Source of the DNA: an archaeon
Lineage (GTDB): Archaea > Iainarchaeota > Iainarchaeia > Iainarchaeales > 1-14-0-10-31-34
Assembly (NCBI GenBank): GCA_024277355.1
Contig: JAJRVL010000011.1
Location: forward strand, 34,155-98,154
Reading direction: 5' to 3'
Length of the DNA stretch: 64,000 bases
The notes under the pieces are model-generated. The model ran no database searches. It saw only the letters and a list, made by a program, of their open reading frames with translations, and was not told the DNA's origin. Position 1 is the first letter of the stretch. Each line of letters opens with the position of its first letter. The translations under genes and the position numbers were made by a program. This document shows positions 1 to 10,594 of the stretch, in pieces.

Positions 1-979
1 CTAATTCAACAGAGATTTGGTTAATATTAAATTTAATTTCGGCTGAAATTTCTTTATTCCTCTGATTTAAAGCAGTTTTATGTTCTGAAATATCTGAAAC
101 TAATCCAGAAAATTCAAATGCAACAGAATTTTCAGGAGACGCAAAATCTCCAAATAAATTGAATAATTCATTTGTAGGCATTGAATTCAAAAGTTTAACA
201 CTTCTTTCCAAATCCACAAAATCAAACAAAAAAGAAAGAACAGAAGAAAAAGTTTTTTTCAGCAAAGGAACATAAAATTTTTTTGATTTAATTAAATTTA
301 ATGCATCTTTCTGATAAAAGCTAATTAAATCATTTGAAGTGAATTCATTTAAATACAAAGAATAAAATCCTGCTTTAGAAGAAAATTCATTGAAATTCCT
401 TGAAGCAGTAAAATAACGTGAAACAAAAGAATCAGATGTCTTGTTTACTTCAGGAGTTGAAAGTTCATTTAAATTCTGGTTTAATAAAATAAAATCATCA
501 AATAACTCTTCTTCTGGAATTAATTCAATTTGCTGTTTGTCAAGGAAATTTTTTTCAATTAAAATAAAAGAAAAAGCATTAAGATTTGCTTTGTCTGTAA
601 ACTCAAACGCTTTTTCTAAAGAAAAAGCTAATTCATTTGTTTTTTCAGGAAGGAAAGAGAAATTATTGTTTTGACATAACTGGTTTATTTGTTTGACAAG
701 AGAAAGAGATTTATTAAAATAAAGCCAAGAAGAAGCCAAATTGTTTTTATAAGAATTTAAGTTGTCTGCTGATTCAAAAGAAAAGTTATTAGGAAAAACA
801 AACAATTGTTTTTCAACTTTATTAAAGCAGTCTTCTTGTGAACTGCATTTAGGTATTTTCTGGAAAGAATAAGAAGTTAAAGAAAGACACGCAGATTTGT
901 ATTCAAATTGTTTTTCCTGAGAAATGCATCCTGAAAAAAAAAGTAAAACAAAAAATAAAGCTAAAATTTTTAGTTTCAT
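1..979 (-). CDS. hypothetical secreted lipoprotein (5' part only; gene runs off the window start)
   Basis: Minus-strand frame is open from ATG at ~977-979 to position 1 with no stop, so it is absent from the ORF track. N-terminus MKLKILALFFVLLFFSGC is a signal peptide plus lipobox Cys. Confidence 0.5.
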   Translation of the reverse strand, partial: MKLKILALFFVLLFFSGCISQEKQFEYKSACLSLTSYSFQKIPKCSSQEDCFNKVEKQLFVFPNNFSFESADNLNSYKNNLASSWLYFNKSLSLVKQINQLCQNNNFSFLPEKTNELAFSLEKAFEFTDKANLNAFSFILIEKNFLDKQQIELIPEEELFDDFILLNQNLNELSTPEVNKTSDSFVSRYFTASRNFNEFSSKAGFYSLYLNEFTSNDLISFYQKDALNLIKSKKFYVPLLKKTFSSVLSFLFDFVDLERSVKLLNSMPTNELFNLFGDFASPENSVAFEFSGLVSDISEHKTALNQRNKEISAEIKFNINQISVEL

Positions 980-1051
980 TCCTGAATTCTTTTTGAAAAC
1001 AAATAAAAAGAATTTTACACGTTAATTGACGAAAAACAATTAATTGTTTTA

Positions 1052-1627
1052 TTGCATAAAGTATTTATGGCAAAACTTTCACAAAAACAAGGAAAAGAAT
1101 TAATTAAATTAGCAAGAAAAAGCATTAAGTATTTTCTTGCTTCAGGACAAATAATGAAAGAAATTTCTCCGGAAGAATTCTCTGAAAAACAAGGAGTGTT
1201 TGTTACATTACATAACAAAAAAGGAGAATTAAGAGGCTGTGTTGGTTTTCCTTACCCAATACTTCCTTTATGGAATGCAGTAATTGAAGCAGGCGTTTCA
1301 GCTGGATTTAATGATTCAAGGTTTAATCAACTAACATTAAAAGAACTTGAAGAAATTAAAATTGAAATTTCTGTTTTAAGTGTTCCGGAAGAAATTACAG
1401 AAAAAAAAGAATTAATTCCAGAAAAAATTGAAACAGGAAAAGATGGTTTAATTGTAAAAATTAATAATCAATCAGGTTTACTTCTGCCTCAGGTGGCAGA
1501 AGAAATGAAATGGAATTCAGAAATATTCTTGGAACAAACTTGTGTTAAAGCAGGATTAAACAAAGAAAACTGGAAAGAAAAAGAATGTAAAATATTTAAG
1601 TTTCAGGCGCAAATATTTAATGAATAA
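1052..1627 (+). CDS. AMMECR1-domain protein
   Basis: 191 aa with the conserved LRGCVGFP motif of the AMMECR1 family. Promoter-like gttaattgacgaaaa sits ~25 bp upstream. Confidence 0.7.
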   Translation: MHKVFMAKLSQKQGKELIKLARKSIKYFLASGQIMKEISPEEFSEKQGVFVTLHNKKGELRGCVGFPYPILPLWNAVIEAGVSAGFNDSRFNQLTLKELEEIKIEISVLSVPEEITEKKELIPEKIETGKDGLIVKINNQSGLLLPQVAEEMKWNSEIFLEQTCVKAGLNKENWKEKECKIFKFQAQIFNE

Positions 1628-1885
1628 TTATGAATTAGAACAGTTTTCAGGATTAATACTATTAGATTTAATACATGAAAGATAATTTGACACTTCTTTG
1701 TCACAGATGCTTCTGCTTGATTCACAGACAGCTAATTTTGATTTAAATGAATCAGAATTATCAAGCAAAGGCTGAACAAACATCAACTGAATTACTGCAC
1801 CTAAAATTAAACCAAAAACAAAAATTAAAATTAATTTACCTGAAATTAATGATTTCTTTTTTTTAGAAAATTCTTCTTTAGGCAT
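1628..1885 (-). CDS. small membrane-anchored Cys-containing hypothetical protein
   Basis: 85 aa with one N-terminal TM helix (LILIFVFGLILGAVIQLMFV). Stop abuts the AMMECR1 stop. Confidence 0.3.
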   Translation of the reverse strand: MPKEEFSKKKKSLISGKLILIFVFGLILGAVIQLMFVQPLLDNSDSFKSKLAVCESSRSICDKEVSNYLSCIKSNSINPENCSNS

Positions 1886-2121
1886 AAACCAAATAATAGG
1901 TTAAACTGATATAAAAAACTGATGTGAAAAAAAGACAAAAAGACAATTATACATAACTAAGGTTTGGTTTTTGGACAAATAACCCGAAGATTCTTAAAAA
2001 AACAAAGAAAATTAGAAACTGAAAAAAGACTATTTTAAAAAAGACAGCTTATGTAGAGTTGTCTTAACGCAATGTTTATAAATATGTTAAGACCTTATTC
2101 ATTATATTAAAATTTAAAGGT

Positions 2122-2394
2122 TTGAAAATGTACAAATACACTGTTGCAAGGCAATTAGCTACAAAAAGAGTTATTACAAACAGAGGAGACGAAGTAGGAA
2201 AATTAACTGATTTACTAGTTAATGAATTAACCGGAGAAATCGAAACATTATTAGTTGAAGTTGACAGAGACAGCAAAGTAATGAGAAGAGTCGGTGCAAA
2301 AGACAGAATCATTAATATTCCTTATTCTGCAGTAACTGCAGTAAGCGACGTCTTTATTGTTGATGAAAGAGAATTAAGCGCAATAGAAGAATAA
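2122..2394 (+). CDS. PRC-barrel domain protein
   Basis: 90 aa. Pattern RGDEVGKLTDLLVN...ETLLVEVDRDS...INIPYSAVTAVSDVFIVD resembles the archaeal PRC-barrel fold. Confidence 0.55.
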   Translation: MKMYKYTVARQLATKRVITNRGDEVGKLTDLLVNELTGEIETLLVEVDRDSKVMRRVGAKDRIINIPYSAVTAVSDVFIVDERELSAIEE

Positions 2395-2397
2395 AAC

Positions 2398-3507
2398 TTA
2401 ATTTTCCCTGAAATCCAATAAAACTTTGTTTTTAGTTAAAGCAATTAACTCTATTTCTTTTTTATTTTGTTTTAAGTAACTATTAATTTTTTCTTTTATT
2501 TCTTTATCATTTAATCCTTTAGAAAAACCTTTTTTTGCTGAATCAATTATGTCCTGAATAATTAAATTATTTGAATAAATTGTTTCTGCTTTTTTCCTGT
2601 ATTCTTCTATTTCTTTTTCAAGTTTTTTTCTATGAGTTAACTGCTGTTCAAAACTATTCTGTAAGGCAATTAGTTTTTTTGGTTTTTTTTCAGGAATTCT
2701 TTGTTTAAAAAATTCTTTTGAATAAAATTCATCTAAAAAAGAATTAACTGAATCTTTTTCTTTAAAGTCTTTAACTAAAGCTAATTTTAACGGAAGAATT
2801 AATTTTTCTTTTCCTTTTTGGATTTCAATTGGATTTGGTTCTTTTAATAAATACATTTTTTTTATTTCATCAAAAACTTTTTTTATTTCTTTTTCAGTTA
2901 TTTTTTCTTTTTTCAGTTTTAACTTAAAAAAAACTTCTTCAGCTAAAATTGATGGAATTTCAATTGACCCCATAACAGAAGAAAAAGCATTATTTTCTTT
3001 CTTTAAATTTTTCTTAAATTTTTCTGTGAATTCTTTAAAAGACATTCCTTTTGGATTAAGTTTTCCTGATTCAGGAAAAACATAAATTTGTTTTTTTTCA
3101 ATTTTTCTTTTTTCTTCTTTTTTTAAGGCAGAAATAATCTCAAGACTTTTATCTGTTAAAATAATATTCTTATTTGCAAAAAATTCAACTATAAGAAAAT
3201 AATCCTGCAGTTCAAATACAACTATTCTGTCAGAATTATGCTGTTCTATTGATGAGATTTTTTTTCCTTCAATTCTTTTCCTTAAAAAAGCACCAAAACC
3301 CGAAGTCTGTTTTCTTGCATCAATCTTGTAATCAGAAAAAAACACTGCTTCAGGGAAAAGTAAAAGATTTTTTGTTCCTTGTTTTGTTCTTAATTTTAAC
3401 TTGAATTTATCTGAATCAAGTTCTTGGAGTTTATTTATATAAGACTCTTTAAGTAAAGGTTTTAATTCCTGCAACAGACAAGTTAAAGTTAAATTCAATA
3501 AGTGCAT
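2398..3507 (-). CDS. NFACT-N (FbpA/Rqc2-like) domain protein, short form
   Basis: 369 aa. N-terminal block ...FGAFLRKRIEGKKISSIEQHNSDRIVVFEL matches the NFACT-N signature (P.F.mLLRK.L.G..I..I.Q...DRI). It lacks the long C-terminal part of canonical Rqc2. Confidence 0.6.
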   Translation of the reverse strand: MHLLNLTLTCLLQELKPLLKESYINKLQELDSDKFKLKLRTKQGTKNLLLFPEAVFFSDYKIDARKQTSGFGAFLRKRIEGKKISSIEQHNSDRIVVFELQDYFLIVEFFANKNIILTDKSLEIISALKKEEKRKIEKKQIYVFPESGKLNPKGMSFKEFTEKFKKNLKKENNAFSSVMGSIEIPSILAEEVFFKLKLKKEKITEKEIKKVFDEIKKMYLLKEPNPIEIQKGKEKLILPLKLALVKDFKEKDSVNSFLDEFYSKEFFKQRIPEKKPKKLIALQNSFEQQLTHRKKLEKEIEEYRKKAETIYSNNLIIQDIIDSAKKGFSKGLNDKEIKEKINSYLKQNKKEIELIALTKNKVLLDFREN

Positions 3508-3642
3508 TTTAGCCCTTTTTTAGTTTTTAAACTGATATAAAACTAAATAAAACAATAAATATAAAAAGAACAAAAACTACAAAACTACTTGTACATAATA
3601 AATATGCATAAACAATAAAATAGTTTAAGAGAGGCGGTAAAA

Positions 3643-4161
3643 TTGAAAAAAATAATCCCAATATTTTTGCTTGCAATAATTTTAATAACAGGTTGTGTAT
3701 TAAATCCTGGAAAATCTGAATCTACAGGGCAAGCAATAGCTTCAAAAACAATTAATTACTCTGAAGAAATGGAAAAATCAATTTTATCTGGAACAAAATT
3801 CCCTTATCTGAAACAAATAACTCAGCCTGGTTTTACTGCAAAAGAAAACTTAATTACCGGAAACATGAATAACACTAATGGAATAAGCTATGAAGTAACT
3901 TTTAGTCCGGGAATTGCTTTTGGAAAAACAACTAAAATTATATGGCTGCAGGAAGAAGCAAAATTAAATGCTTTAAATACAAATATTATTACAATAACTC
4001 AAAAAGGAAAAACAATTACTCTAAAAAACTTCAATAAATACAACGGCAAACTTAACACTGAATTTATTTTTAGTTCAGATGGAAAATTAAACGGAATAAA
4101 AATTTACAATACACAAAAAATAACTGCAAAAGAAGTTTCAGAAATGCTTTATTTCAAATAA
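3643..4161 (+). CDS. hypothetical lipoprotein
   Basis: TTG start. MKKIIPIFLLAIILITGC is a signal peptide plus lipobox. Promoter-like tgtacataataaata lies ~45 bp upstream. Confidence 0.45.
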   Translation: MKKIIPIFLLAIILITGCVLNPGKSESTGQAIASKTINYSEEMEKSILSGTKFPYLKQITQPGFTAKENLITGNMNNTNGISYEVTFSPGIAFGKTTKIIWLQEEAKLNALNTNIITITQKGKTITLKNFNKYNGKLNTEFIFSSDGKLNGIKIYNTQKITAKEVSEMLYFK

Positions 4162-4267
4162 AAAGCATTTTTTCCTTTTTTATTTAAATTTAGTTGGCTG
4201 ACTAAACAAAAAAGAATATTAAAAGTTTTCCTTAAACTAATTACTAATACTAAAACAAGGGAAAATT

Positions 4268-6967
4268 ATGGAAACAGACCACATAAAAATTGCCGAAAAA
4301 TGGCAGGAAAAATGGAAAAAAGAAAAAATTTTTGAAGTTAAATCTGACTTAAAGAAAAAAAAATATTATGTTTTAGAAATGTTTCCATATCCTTCAGGAA
4401 AACTGCATATGGGGCACGTAAGAAATTACTCTATTGGAGATTCTTTAGCCAGATTTAAGAGAATGCAGGGATTTAATGTTTTATATCCTACTGGTTATGA
4501 TGCTTTAGGTTTGCCTGCAGAAAATGCCGCAATAAAAGGCAGAGTTAACCCAAAAAAATGGACTTATGAAAAAATAAACGAAATGAAATCACAGCAAGAA
4601 ATGCTTGGGTTTAGCTATGATTGGAATAGAAGTTTTGCTACAGCCGATACTGATTATTATAAATGGAATCAATGGTTATTCAGAGAATTTTATAAAAAAG
4701 GTTTAGCATACAAAAAAAAATCAAATGTAAATTGGTGTGATGACTGCGGAACAGTTTTGGCAAATGAACAAGTAATTAATGGAAACTGCTGGAGATGTAA
4801 AAATCAAGTTATTGAAAAAGAATTAGACCAATGGTTTTTGAAAATCACAGAGTATGCAGACGAATTGCTTGAAGATTTAAGTAAGCTAAAATACTGGCCT
4901 GAAAGAGTTAAATTAATGCAAAAAAACTGGATTGGAAAAAGTCATGGAATAAATATTTTATTTAAAGTCAAAGATACAGAATTTGTTTTGCCTGCTTTTA
5001 CTACAAGATGCGATACTTTGTTTAGTGTGACTTTTGTTGTTATGGCCCCTGAAAGCCCTTGGGTTGAAAAATTAGTTAAAGGAACAAAATATGAAGAAAA
5101 AATAAAAAAAATAATTGATGAAATAAAAAAACAAACAATAATTGAAAGGACAAGTGAAACAGGAAAAGATAAGATTGGGTGTTTTACAGGAAAATATGCA
5201 GTTAACCCTGCAAATGGAGAAGAAATTCCAATTTGGATTGCAAATTTTGCTGTTGGTTCTTATGGAACAGGAATAGTAATGGCTGATGCTCATGACAAAA
5301 GAGACTTTGAATTTGCAAATAAATATGAAATTCCATTAAAATTTGTTATTTCAAAAGATGGAAAAAAAACTGATGCAGGCAAAGCAAAACAAGCTTATAC
5401 AGAAAACGGAATTTTATTTAATTCAGGAAAATTTTCAGGAATGCAGAATTTAGAAGCATTACCAAAAATAGCTGACTGGCTTGAAGAAACAAAAGGCGGA
5501 AAAAAAACAGTTAATTACAAGTTAAGAGACTGGTTAATTTCAAGGCAGAGGTTTTGGGGAACTCCAATTCCAATAGTTTACTGTAATAAATGCGGAATAC
5601 AATTAGTTCCTGAAAAAGAGCTTCCAGTTAAATTGCCTGAAAACGCTGAATTTACTGGAAAAGGAAATCCTCTTGACAAAGTAAAAGAATTTGTTGAAAC
5701 AAACTGTCCTAAATGCAAAGGAAAAGCCAAAAGAGAAACAGACACAATGGATACTTTTTTTGATTCAAGCTGGTATTATTTAAGATATTGTTCACCTAAA
5801 TCAGACAAAATATTTGACAAAGAAGCAGATTACTGGATGCCTGTAGACCAATATATTGGAGGCATTGAACATGCAATACTTCATTTAATGTATGCAAGAT
5901 TTTTTACTAAAGCAATAAAAGACTTAAAATTACTTAAAATAAATGAACCATTTAAAAGATTATTAACGCAGGGAATGGTGTTAAAAGACGGAAAAGCAAT
6001 GAGTAAAAGTTTAGGAAATGTAGTTGATCCTGGAGAAATAATAACTAAGTTTGGAGCAGATACTGCAAGAGTATTTATTTTATCTGTAAGCAATCCTGAA
6101 AGCGAAATGGAATGGGATGACAAAGGAACTGAAAACATCTATAAATTTTTAAATAAAATTTATTCACTTACAGAAGACAATAAAGAAAAAATAAATAAAA
6201 AAGAAGAAAAAAAAATTCAATTAAATTCAAAGACAAAGCTTTTGCAGTCAAAAATTCAAAGAATTATAAAAAACACAACTAACTTTTTAGAAAAACTGGA
6301 AATGAATAAGGCTGTAGCAGAATTAATGAAATTAACAAACGAATTACATAAATTTAACGAAAAAGAAAGCAAAGTTTTTTCTGACGGAGTTAAAGCATTA
6401 ATTTTAATGCTAAATCCTTTTGCCCCGCATTTAAGCGAAGAATTATGGGAAAAAATTAATGAAAAAAGTTTTTCAAGTTTAGAAAAATGGCCTGAATTTG
6501 ATTTAAAGAAAATTAATTTAACTGCAGAACAACAGGAAGAATTTGCTGAAAACTTAAGAGAAGACATAATCCAAATAAAAGAATTAGTAAAAAAAGACAA
6601 AATTGAAAGAATGAAAATTTTTATTGCTCCTGAATGGAAATGGAGTTTATATAAAAAATTATTTAAAGAAAAAGAAAAAACAAAAAATAAAAGAATTGAG
6701 TTTGGTTTAGCAATGAAAAAAGCAATGGAAACAGAAGAAGGAAAAAAGCATGCAAAAGAAATTAAAGGTTTTGTTCAGGTTTCAGTTAAGAAATTAAATG
6801 AAGCACAGGAATTAACCGAAATAAATGAAGAAAAAACATTAAATGAAAATATTGAAGAATTAAAAAAAGAGTTTAACACAGAAATTGAATTAATTAAAGC
6901 AGAAAAAAGTTCAGAAAAAAAAGCAGGAAATGCTTTTCCATTAAAGCCGGCTATACTAATTGAGTGA
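4268..6967 (+). CDS. leuS: leucyl-tRNA synthetase, bacterial type
   Basis: 899 aa. HIGH motif [19 protein letters not shown] and the KMSKSLGN motif. The N-terminus aligns almost residue for residue with bacterial LeuRS ([20 protein letters not shown]...), not archaeal LeuRS. Confidence 0.9.
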   Translation: METDHIKIAEKWQEKWKKEKIFEVKSDLKKKKYYVLEMFPYPSGKLHMGHVRNYSIGDSLARFKRMQGFNVLYPTGYDALGLPAENAAIKGRVNPKKWTYEKINEMKSQQEMLGFSYDWNRSFATADTDYYKWNQWLFREFYKKGLAYKKKSNVNWCDDCGTVLANEQVINGNCWRCKNQVIEKELDQWFLKITEYADELLEDLSKLKYWPERVKLMQKNWIGKSHGINILFKVKDTEFVLPAFTTRCDTLFSVTFVVMAPESPWVEKLVKGTKYEEKIKKIIDEIKKQTIIERTSETGKDKIGCFTGKYAVNPANGEEIPIWIANFAVGSYGTGIVMADAHDKRDFEFANKYEIPLKFVISKDGKKTDAGKAKQAYTENGILFNSGKFSGMQNLEALPKIADWLEETKGGKKTVNYKLRDWLISRQRFWGTPIPIVYCNKCGIQLVPEKELPVKLPENAEFTGKGNPLDKVKEFVETNCPKCKGKAKRETDTMDTFFDSSWYYLRYCSPKSDKIFDKEADYWMPVDQYIGGIEHAILHLMYARFFTKAIKDLKLLKINEPFKRLLTQGMVLKDGKAMSKSLGNVVDPGEIITKFGADTARVFILSVSNPESEMEWDDKGTENIYKFLNKIYSLTEDNKEKINKKEEKKIQLNSKTKLLQSKIQRIIKNTTNFLEKLEMNKAVAELMKLTNELHKFNEKESKVFSDGVKALILMLNPFAPHLSEELWEKINEKSFSSLEKWPEFDLKKINLTAEQQEEFAENLREDIIQIKELVKKDKIERMKIFIAPEWKWSLYKKLFKEKEKTKNKRIEFGLAMKKAMETEEGKKHAKEIKGFVQVSVKKLNEAQELTEINEEKTLNENIEELKKEFNTEIELIKAEKSSEKKAGNAFPLKPAILIE

Positions 6968-7037
6968 TTTTTCTAAATAAATGAGTTGAATTAAAAAACT
7001 TTCTTGTATTAATATTAGTCTGTTTAAGTGATTTCAA

Positions 7038-7526
7038 ATGATTTGTTTTATTGCATTAATTGTTTTTGCGATTTTGGGAATTTTTTCTGCTAAATACAGA
7101 GAATATGCTAAAGAAGCATTTGACTGTGTTTTTAGAAGAGTTACCTTAAGAAAATGCAATACTGCTTTTGATAAAAAAATGAAAATGAAGTTAACAGGGA
7201 AACTAATGAAAATAAGTCCTAAAGCAGGAGGAACTGTATTTAAGCACTTTGAATTAATTTCATGGTTTTTTACTTTGCTTACAATAATAAGTTTTGTCTA
7301 TGCCGCAGCAGGAGTATATAACTTTGTAGTATATGATAACTGTGAAGGGCCAAATGCAACTGCCAGTTGTATTTACTCTGAATTAACCGGAAGTGCTGAA
7401 ACTGTTTCCTGCGGTTCACAGCATTGTGCTGATACAGGATGCAATTGCGATGCAGGATGCGATGAAAGCAATAATTTTGCTGAATGTGATGGGAACTGTG
7501 ATTGTGTTAAAGAGGTTTGCGGCTAA
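7038..7526 (+). CDS. membrane protein with Cys-rich C-terminal (putative metal-binding) tail
   Basis: 162 aa with two TM helices. C-terminus CGSQHCADTGCNCDAGCDESNNFAECDGNCDCVKEVCG. The stop is immediately followed by the ATG of the HypC-like ORF. Confidence 0.4.
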   Translation: MICFIALIVFAILGIFSAKYREYAKEAFDCVFRRVTLRKCNTAFDKKMKMKLTGKLMKISPKAGGTVFKHFELISWFFTLLTIISFVYAAAGVYNFVVYDNCEGPNATASCIYSELTGSAETVSCGSQHCADTGCNCDAGCDESNNFAECDGNCDCVKEVCG

Positions 7527-7751
7527 ATGTGTGTTAATATTCCTGCTTTAATTGAAAAAGACGGAAAAATCGCAGAAGTCAAAATAGGCAAAAAAACAAT
7601 TAAAGTATTTAATTTTATTAAAGCAAAAAAAGGCGATTATGTTTATCTAAACGGCAGCTCAATTGTTGAATTAATTGAAAAAGGAACAGAAAAAGAAATA
7701 ATTAAAGCTTATTCTTTGAAAAGAAAAAAAAAGAAAAAATTACTTAATTGA
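7527..7751 (+). CDS. hypC: HypC/HupF-family small protein
   Basis: 74 aa. N-terminal MCVNIP matches the MC(L/I)(A/G)(I/V)P signature. KKGDYVYLNGSSIVELIEK aligns with GDYVLVHVGFAIEKI of HypC/HybG. Confidence 0.5.
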   Translation: MCVNIPALIEKDGKIAEVKIGKKTIKVFNFIKAKKGDYVYLNGSSIVELIEKGTEKEIIKAYSLKRKKKKKLLN

Positions 7752-8465
7752 ATTTACAAAGTTAATTGAATTTTCAGTGAATTTTTTTAGAGAATTAAAC
7801 TGCTGAATGTTTATTGGCGTACAAAAAACATTCCAATGAAAAGCAATTAAACTTCCTTTAGTAATTTTTTGGTTCCATTCAGGAAAAAAAGAAATTTCCT
7901 TTACAATTTCTTCTCCTAAAAAAAGCTTGTTGTTAACTGAAACAACAGGATAATATTCAACCAGTAATTTTTTTGTTTCTTTGTTTTCCTGCAGAACTTT
8001 TCCAAAAGAAATTTTACAGGAATCCATAAAATCAATTGTTCCTTTAGTTTTATCAGTTAAAGAATGAAATAAAAAAACATGAAAAGAATGATGCAAATCA
8101 GTTTTTTCAGGAAGAACTGAAATTAATTCTTCTGCAGCTTCTTTATTTAAGTAATTTGAATTAACAAGAGAAAAATAAATTTCTTCTAATTCTTTTTTTT
8201 TAAGGTCTTTAATTAAGTTATTCCCTATCCAATAACCTTCAACTATTTTTTCATCTAAAAAATCACAAGAATTCTTTCTGGCTAAAAGAGAAAGATAAGG
8301 AAAAGCCATTTCAAAAGAAGGAATTTTTTTTCTGATTGAATTTTCAAGAGAATTATTGCCGGATAAAAACGCATTAATTAAAGAAGGAAGTTCTTTGCTT
8401 CCGCAGTAATGCAGATTATTTGGAGGAAAAGCAAACTTACAGAAAAGCCTTAATCCATCAATCAT
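7740..8465 (-). CDS. hypothetical protein
   Basis: 241 aa with no recognisable motifs. Its start overlaps the stop of the upstream DMT transporter gene (ATGATTGA). Confidence 0.35.
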   Translation of the reverse strand: MIDGLRLFCKFAFPPNNLHYCGSKELPSLINAFLSGNNSLENSIRKKIPSFEMAFPYLSLLARKNSCDFLDEKIVEGYWIGNNLIKDLKKKELEEIYFSLVNSNYLNKEAAEELISVLPEKTDLHHSFHVFLFHSLTDKTKGTIDFMDSCKISFGKVLQENKETKKLLVEYYPVVSVNNKLFLGEEIVKEISFFPEWNQKITKGSLIAFHWNVFCTPINIQQFNSLKKFTENSINFVNSIK

Positions 8466-9363
8466 TTCTTACACTAAAAAACTTTTTCAAAAAGAAAAAA
8501 TGTTTTTCCTTAGAAATTATCAGCAAAAGTCCTGCAAACATAAAAAAATAACCAAGCAACTGCATTGGAACTAAAGGACTTGATTTAAAAAAGAAATTAA
8601 GCAAAGCAGTTATTGGAAGGCCCAACAACAAAATGCTTACTGCAGTTGAAGCAGGAATTTTTGATAAACCATTATACCAGGTTAAAACATAACCTAAAAG
8701 AAATAAAGAAGTTATTCCAATCCAAAAAAAGTTTTCTAAAGTAAGGGAAAACAAAAAAGAAGTTTTTCCGCTGAATAAAATATAAATTAAAATAAATAAA
8801 GAACCAAAAAACATTCTTCCAAAAGCAACTGCATTAGGTTTAATTGAATTCATTAAATGCTTTGAATAAGTGTTTTCAATACTCCAGAATAAAACTGCAA
8901 TTAAAATCATTAAGTCAGCTGAAGCAAAAGAAGTTATTTTTAATCCAAAAAGCAGGAAAACTGAAGCAAAAAGCAATAACGCACCAACAATAAACTTGGC
9001 ATTTATTTTTTCTTTTAAGAAAATTACTGCTAAAACAGTTACAAACAAAAACATGCTTTTATGAATAAACGCAGAATTAATGGAAGTAGTTGATTTTAAT
9101 GCATTAAAAAACAAAACAAAAGGAATACTCCCTCCAACAAAACCAACTGCAATTAACTGCAAAAAATTCTTTTTTGTTAACTGCTTTAAATAATTAAATT
9201 CTTTAAATAAGACAATTAATGAAAACAAAAAAAGTCCCACAACTAAGTTTTTTAAAAAAGTAAAAACAGTTGCATCAAGCGGTTTAACTGCAAAAGAATT
9301 AACAAAAATTGAAATGCCTGAAATTAAAGCAGTTAATAATACAAGCTGAATTCCTTTATTCAT
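8458..9363 (-). CDS. EamA/DMT-superfamily transporter
   Basis: 301 aa with ~10 predicted TM helices in two repeated halves. ATGA overlap with pgk upstream. Confidence 0.55.
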   Translation of the reverse strand: MNKGIQLVLLTALISGISIFVNSFAVKPLDATVFTFLKNLVVGLFLFSLIVLFKEFNYLKQLTKKNFLQLIAVGFVGGSIPFVLFFNALKSTTSINSAFIHKSMFLFVTVLAVIFLKEKINAKFIVGALLLFASVFLLFGLKITSFASADLMILIAVLFWSIENTYSKHLMNSIKPNAVAFGRMFFGSLFILIYILFSGKTSFLFSLTLENFFWIGITSLFLLGYVLTWYNGLSKIPASTAVSILLLGLPITALLNFFFKSSPLVPMQLLGYFFMFAGLLLIISKEKHFFFLKKFFSVRND

Positions 9364-10592
9364 GAAAAGAAAAAAAGAACAAAATTTATGTAAAGAGTCA
9401 GCTTTGATTGTTTTAATGCTTCAATAGCAATTAATTTTTTTCCTGAAAGGAATTTTAATGACGCTTTTCCGCTTAAAGAAACAAAAGAAAAATCTTCTTT
9501 AGAAAAACCAAGAGAAGATAAAGCAGTTTCAGTATCTCCTCCTCCTAAAAAAGTAAAACCTGAATTTTCTTTCATTGCCTGTAAAATTTCTTTTGTGCCT
9601 TTAGAAAATTCTTTTTCTTCAAAGACTCCTAAAGGACCATTAAATACAATTAATTTTGCTTTGGAAATTTCTTCAGAGAAATCCTTTATTGCATTTTCAC
9701 CTAAATCTTTTGAAATAAAGTCCGCAGGCAAATCAAAAACATTAATATTAGTTCTTTTTCCATTTTCATCTAAAGCAAAATCTTTTGGAAAAAATATTTT
9801 TTCAGAAAACGGTTCATAAATTTCTTTTATTTCCGGAATCAAAGAAAGAAAACCTTTTTCTTCAAAAAACTTTTGTTTTTTGCCAAAATCATAACCTAAA
9901 GAAACAATAATTAATTCTCCTAATAATCCTCCGGCTAAAACTTTGTCTGTTTTGTTTTCTTTTAAGAAAAAAGCCATAGTTTTAAGTGAATCTTCAGGTT
10001 TAGCTCCTCCAAGAATTAATAATTTTGGTTTTTCTTTTGAGTTTAACACTTTTTCAATATTAATTATTTCTGACTCTAATACTTTTCCCATAAAAGAAGG
10101 CATTAAAGGAATAAAACCTACAACTGTCGCATGGCTTCTATGGCTTACACTAAATGCATCTAAAACAAATAAATCAGCTGAATCAGCTAAATTTTTTATT
10201 ATTTCATTTTCAGAATGTTCTTTAGGAGTTTTTTCTTCTGATTCAAAATCAAGAAACCTTGTATTTTCCATTAAAAGAATTTCTTCTTCTTTTAAAGAAA
10301 AAATTTTTTCTTTAAAGTTTTCTTTCCATAAAGAAAACTGAATTTTTTTTCCAGTTAATTTTTCCAGTTCAGGCAAATGATTTTTTAATGAAACAAAATC
10401 TGGTTTCCCTTTTCTTCCTTGGTGAGATAAAACAACAATTTTTGCTTTTTTAGAAGAAAAAAAAGAAATTGTTTTTGCATGCTCTTTTAACCTTGCAGAA
10501 ACAACCGGTTTTCCTTCCTGAATATTTGAATTTAAATCTACTCTTAACAAAATGGTTTTGCCTGAAATGTTTTCGGGAACTGGTTTAAGCAA
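9360..10592 (-). CDS. pgk: phosphoglycerate kinase
   Basis: 410 aa. LLRVDLNS and VLSHQGRKGKP motifs. The HQGR motif is typical of archaeal PGK. Confidence 0.85.
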   Translation of the reverse strand: MLKPVPENISGKTILLRVDLNSNIQEGKPVVSARLKEHAKTISFFSSKKAKIVVLSHQGRKGKPDFVSLKNHLPELEKLTGKKIQFSLWKENFKEKIFSLKEEEILLMENTRFLDFESEEKTPKEHSENEIIKNLADSADLFVLDAFSVSHRSHATVVGFIPLMPSFMGKVLESEIINIEKVLNSKEKPKLLILGGAKPEDSLKTMAFFLKENKTDKVLAGGLLGELIIVSLGYDFGKKQKFFEEKGFLSLIPEIKEIYEPFSEKIFFPKDFALDENGKRTNINVFDLPADFISKDLGENAIKDFSEEISKAKLIVFNGPLGVFEEKEFSKGTKEILQAMKENSGFTFLGGGDTETALSSLGFSKEDFSFVSLSGKASLKFLSGKKLIAIEALKQSKLTLYINFVLFFFS

Positions 10593-10594
10593 TA

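Noticed and set aside
441-674. Plus-strand 77-aa ORF
   Set aside because: It lies inside the long minus-strand lipoprotein gene that runs off the window start and has low-complexity composition.
5072-6600. Antisense ORFs inside leuS (5072..5293, 5881..6138, 6256..6600), with similar ones inside other long genes (e.g. 18846..19565, 19616..20014, 20255..20506)
   Set aside because: They are low-complexity F/L/I/K-rich translations of the AT-rich opposite strand of well-supported genes, so they are spurious.
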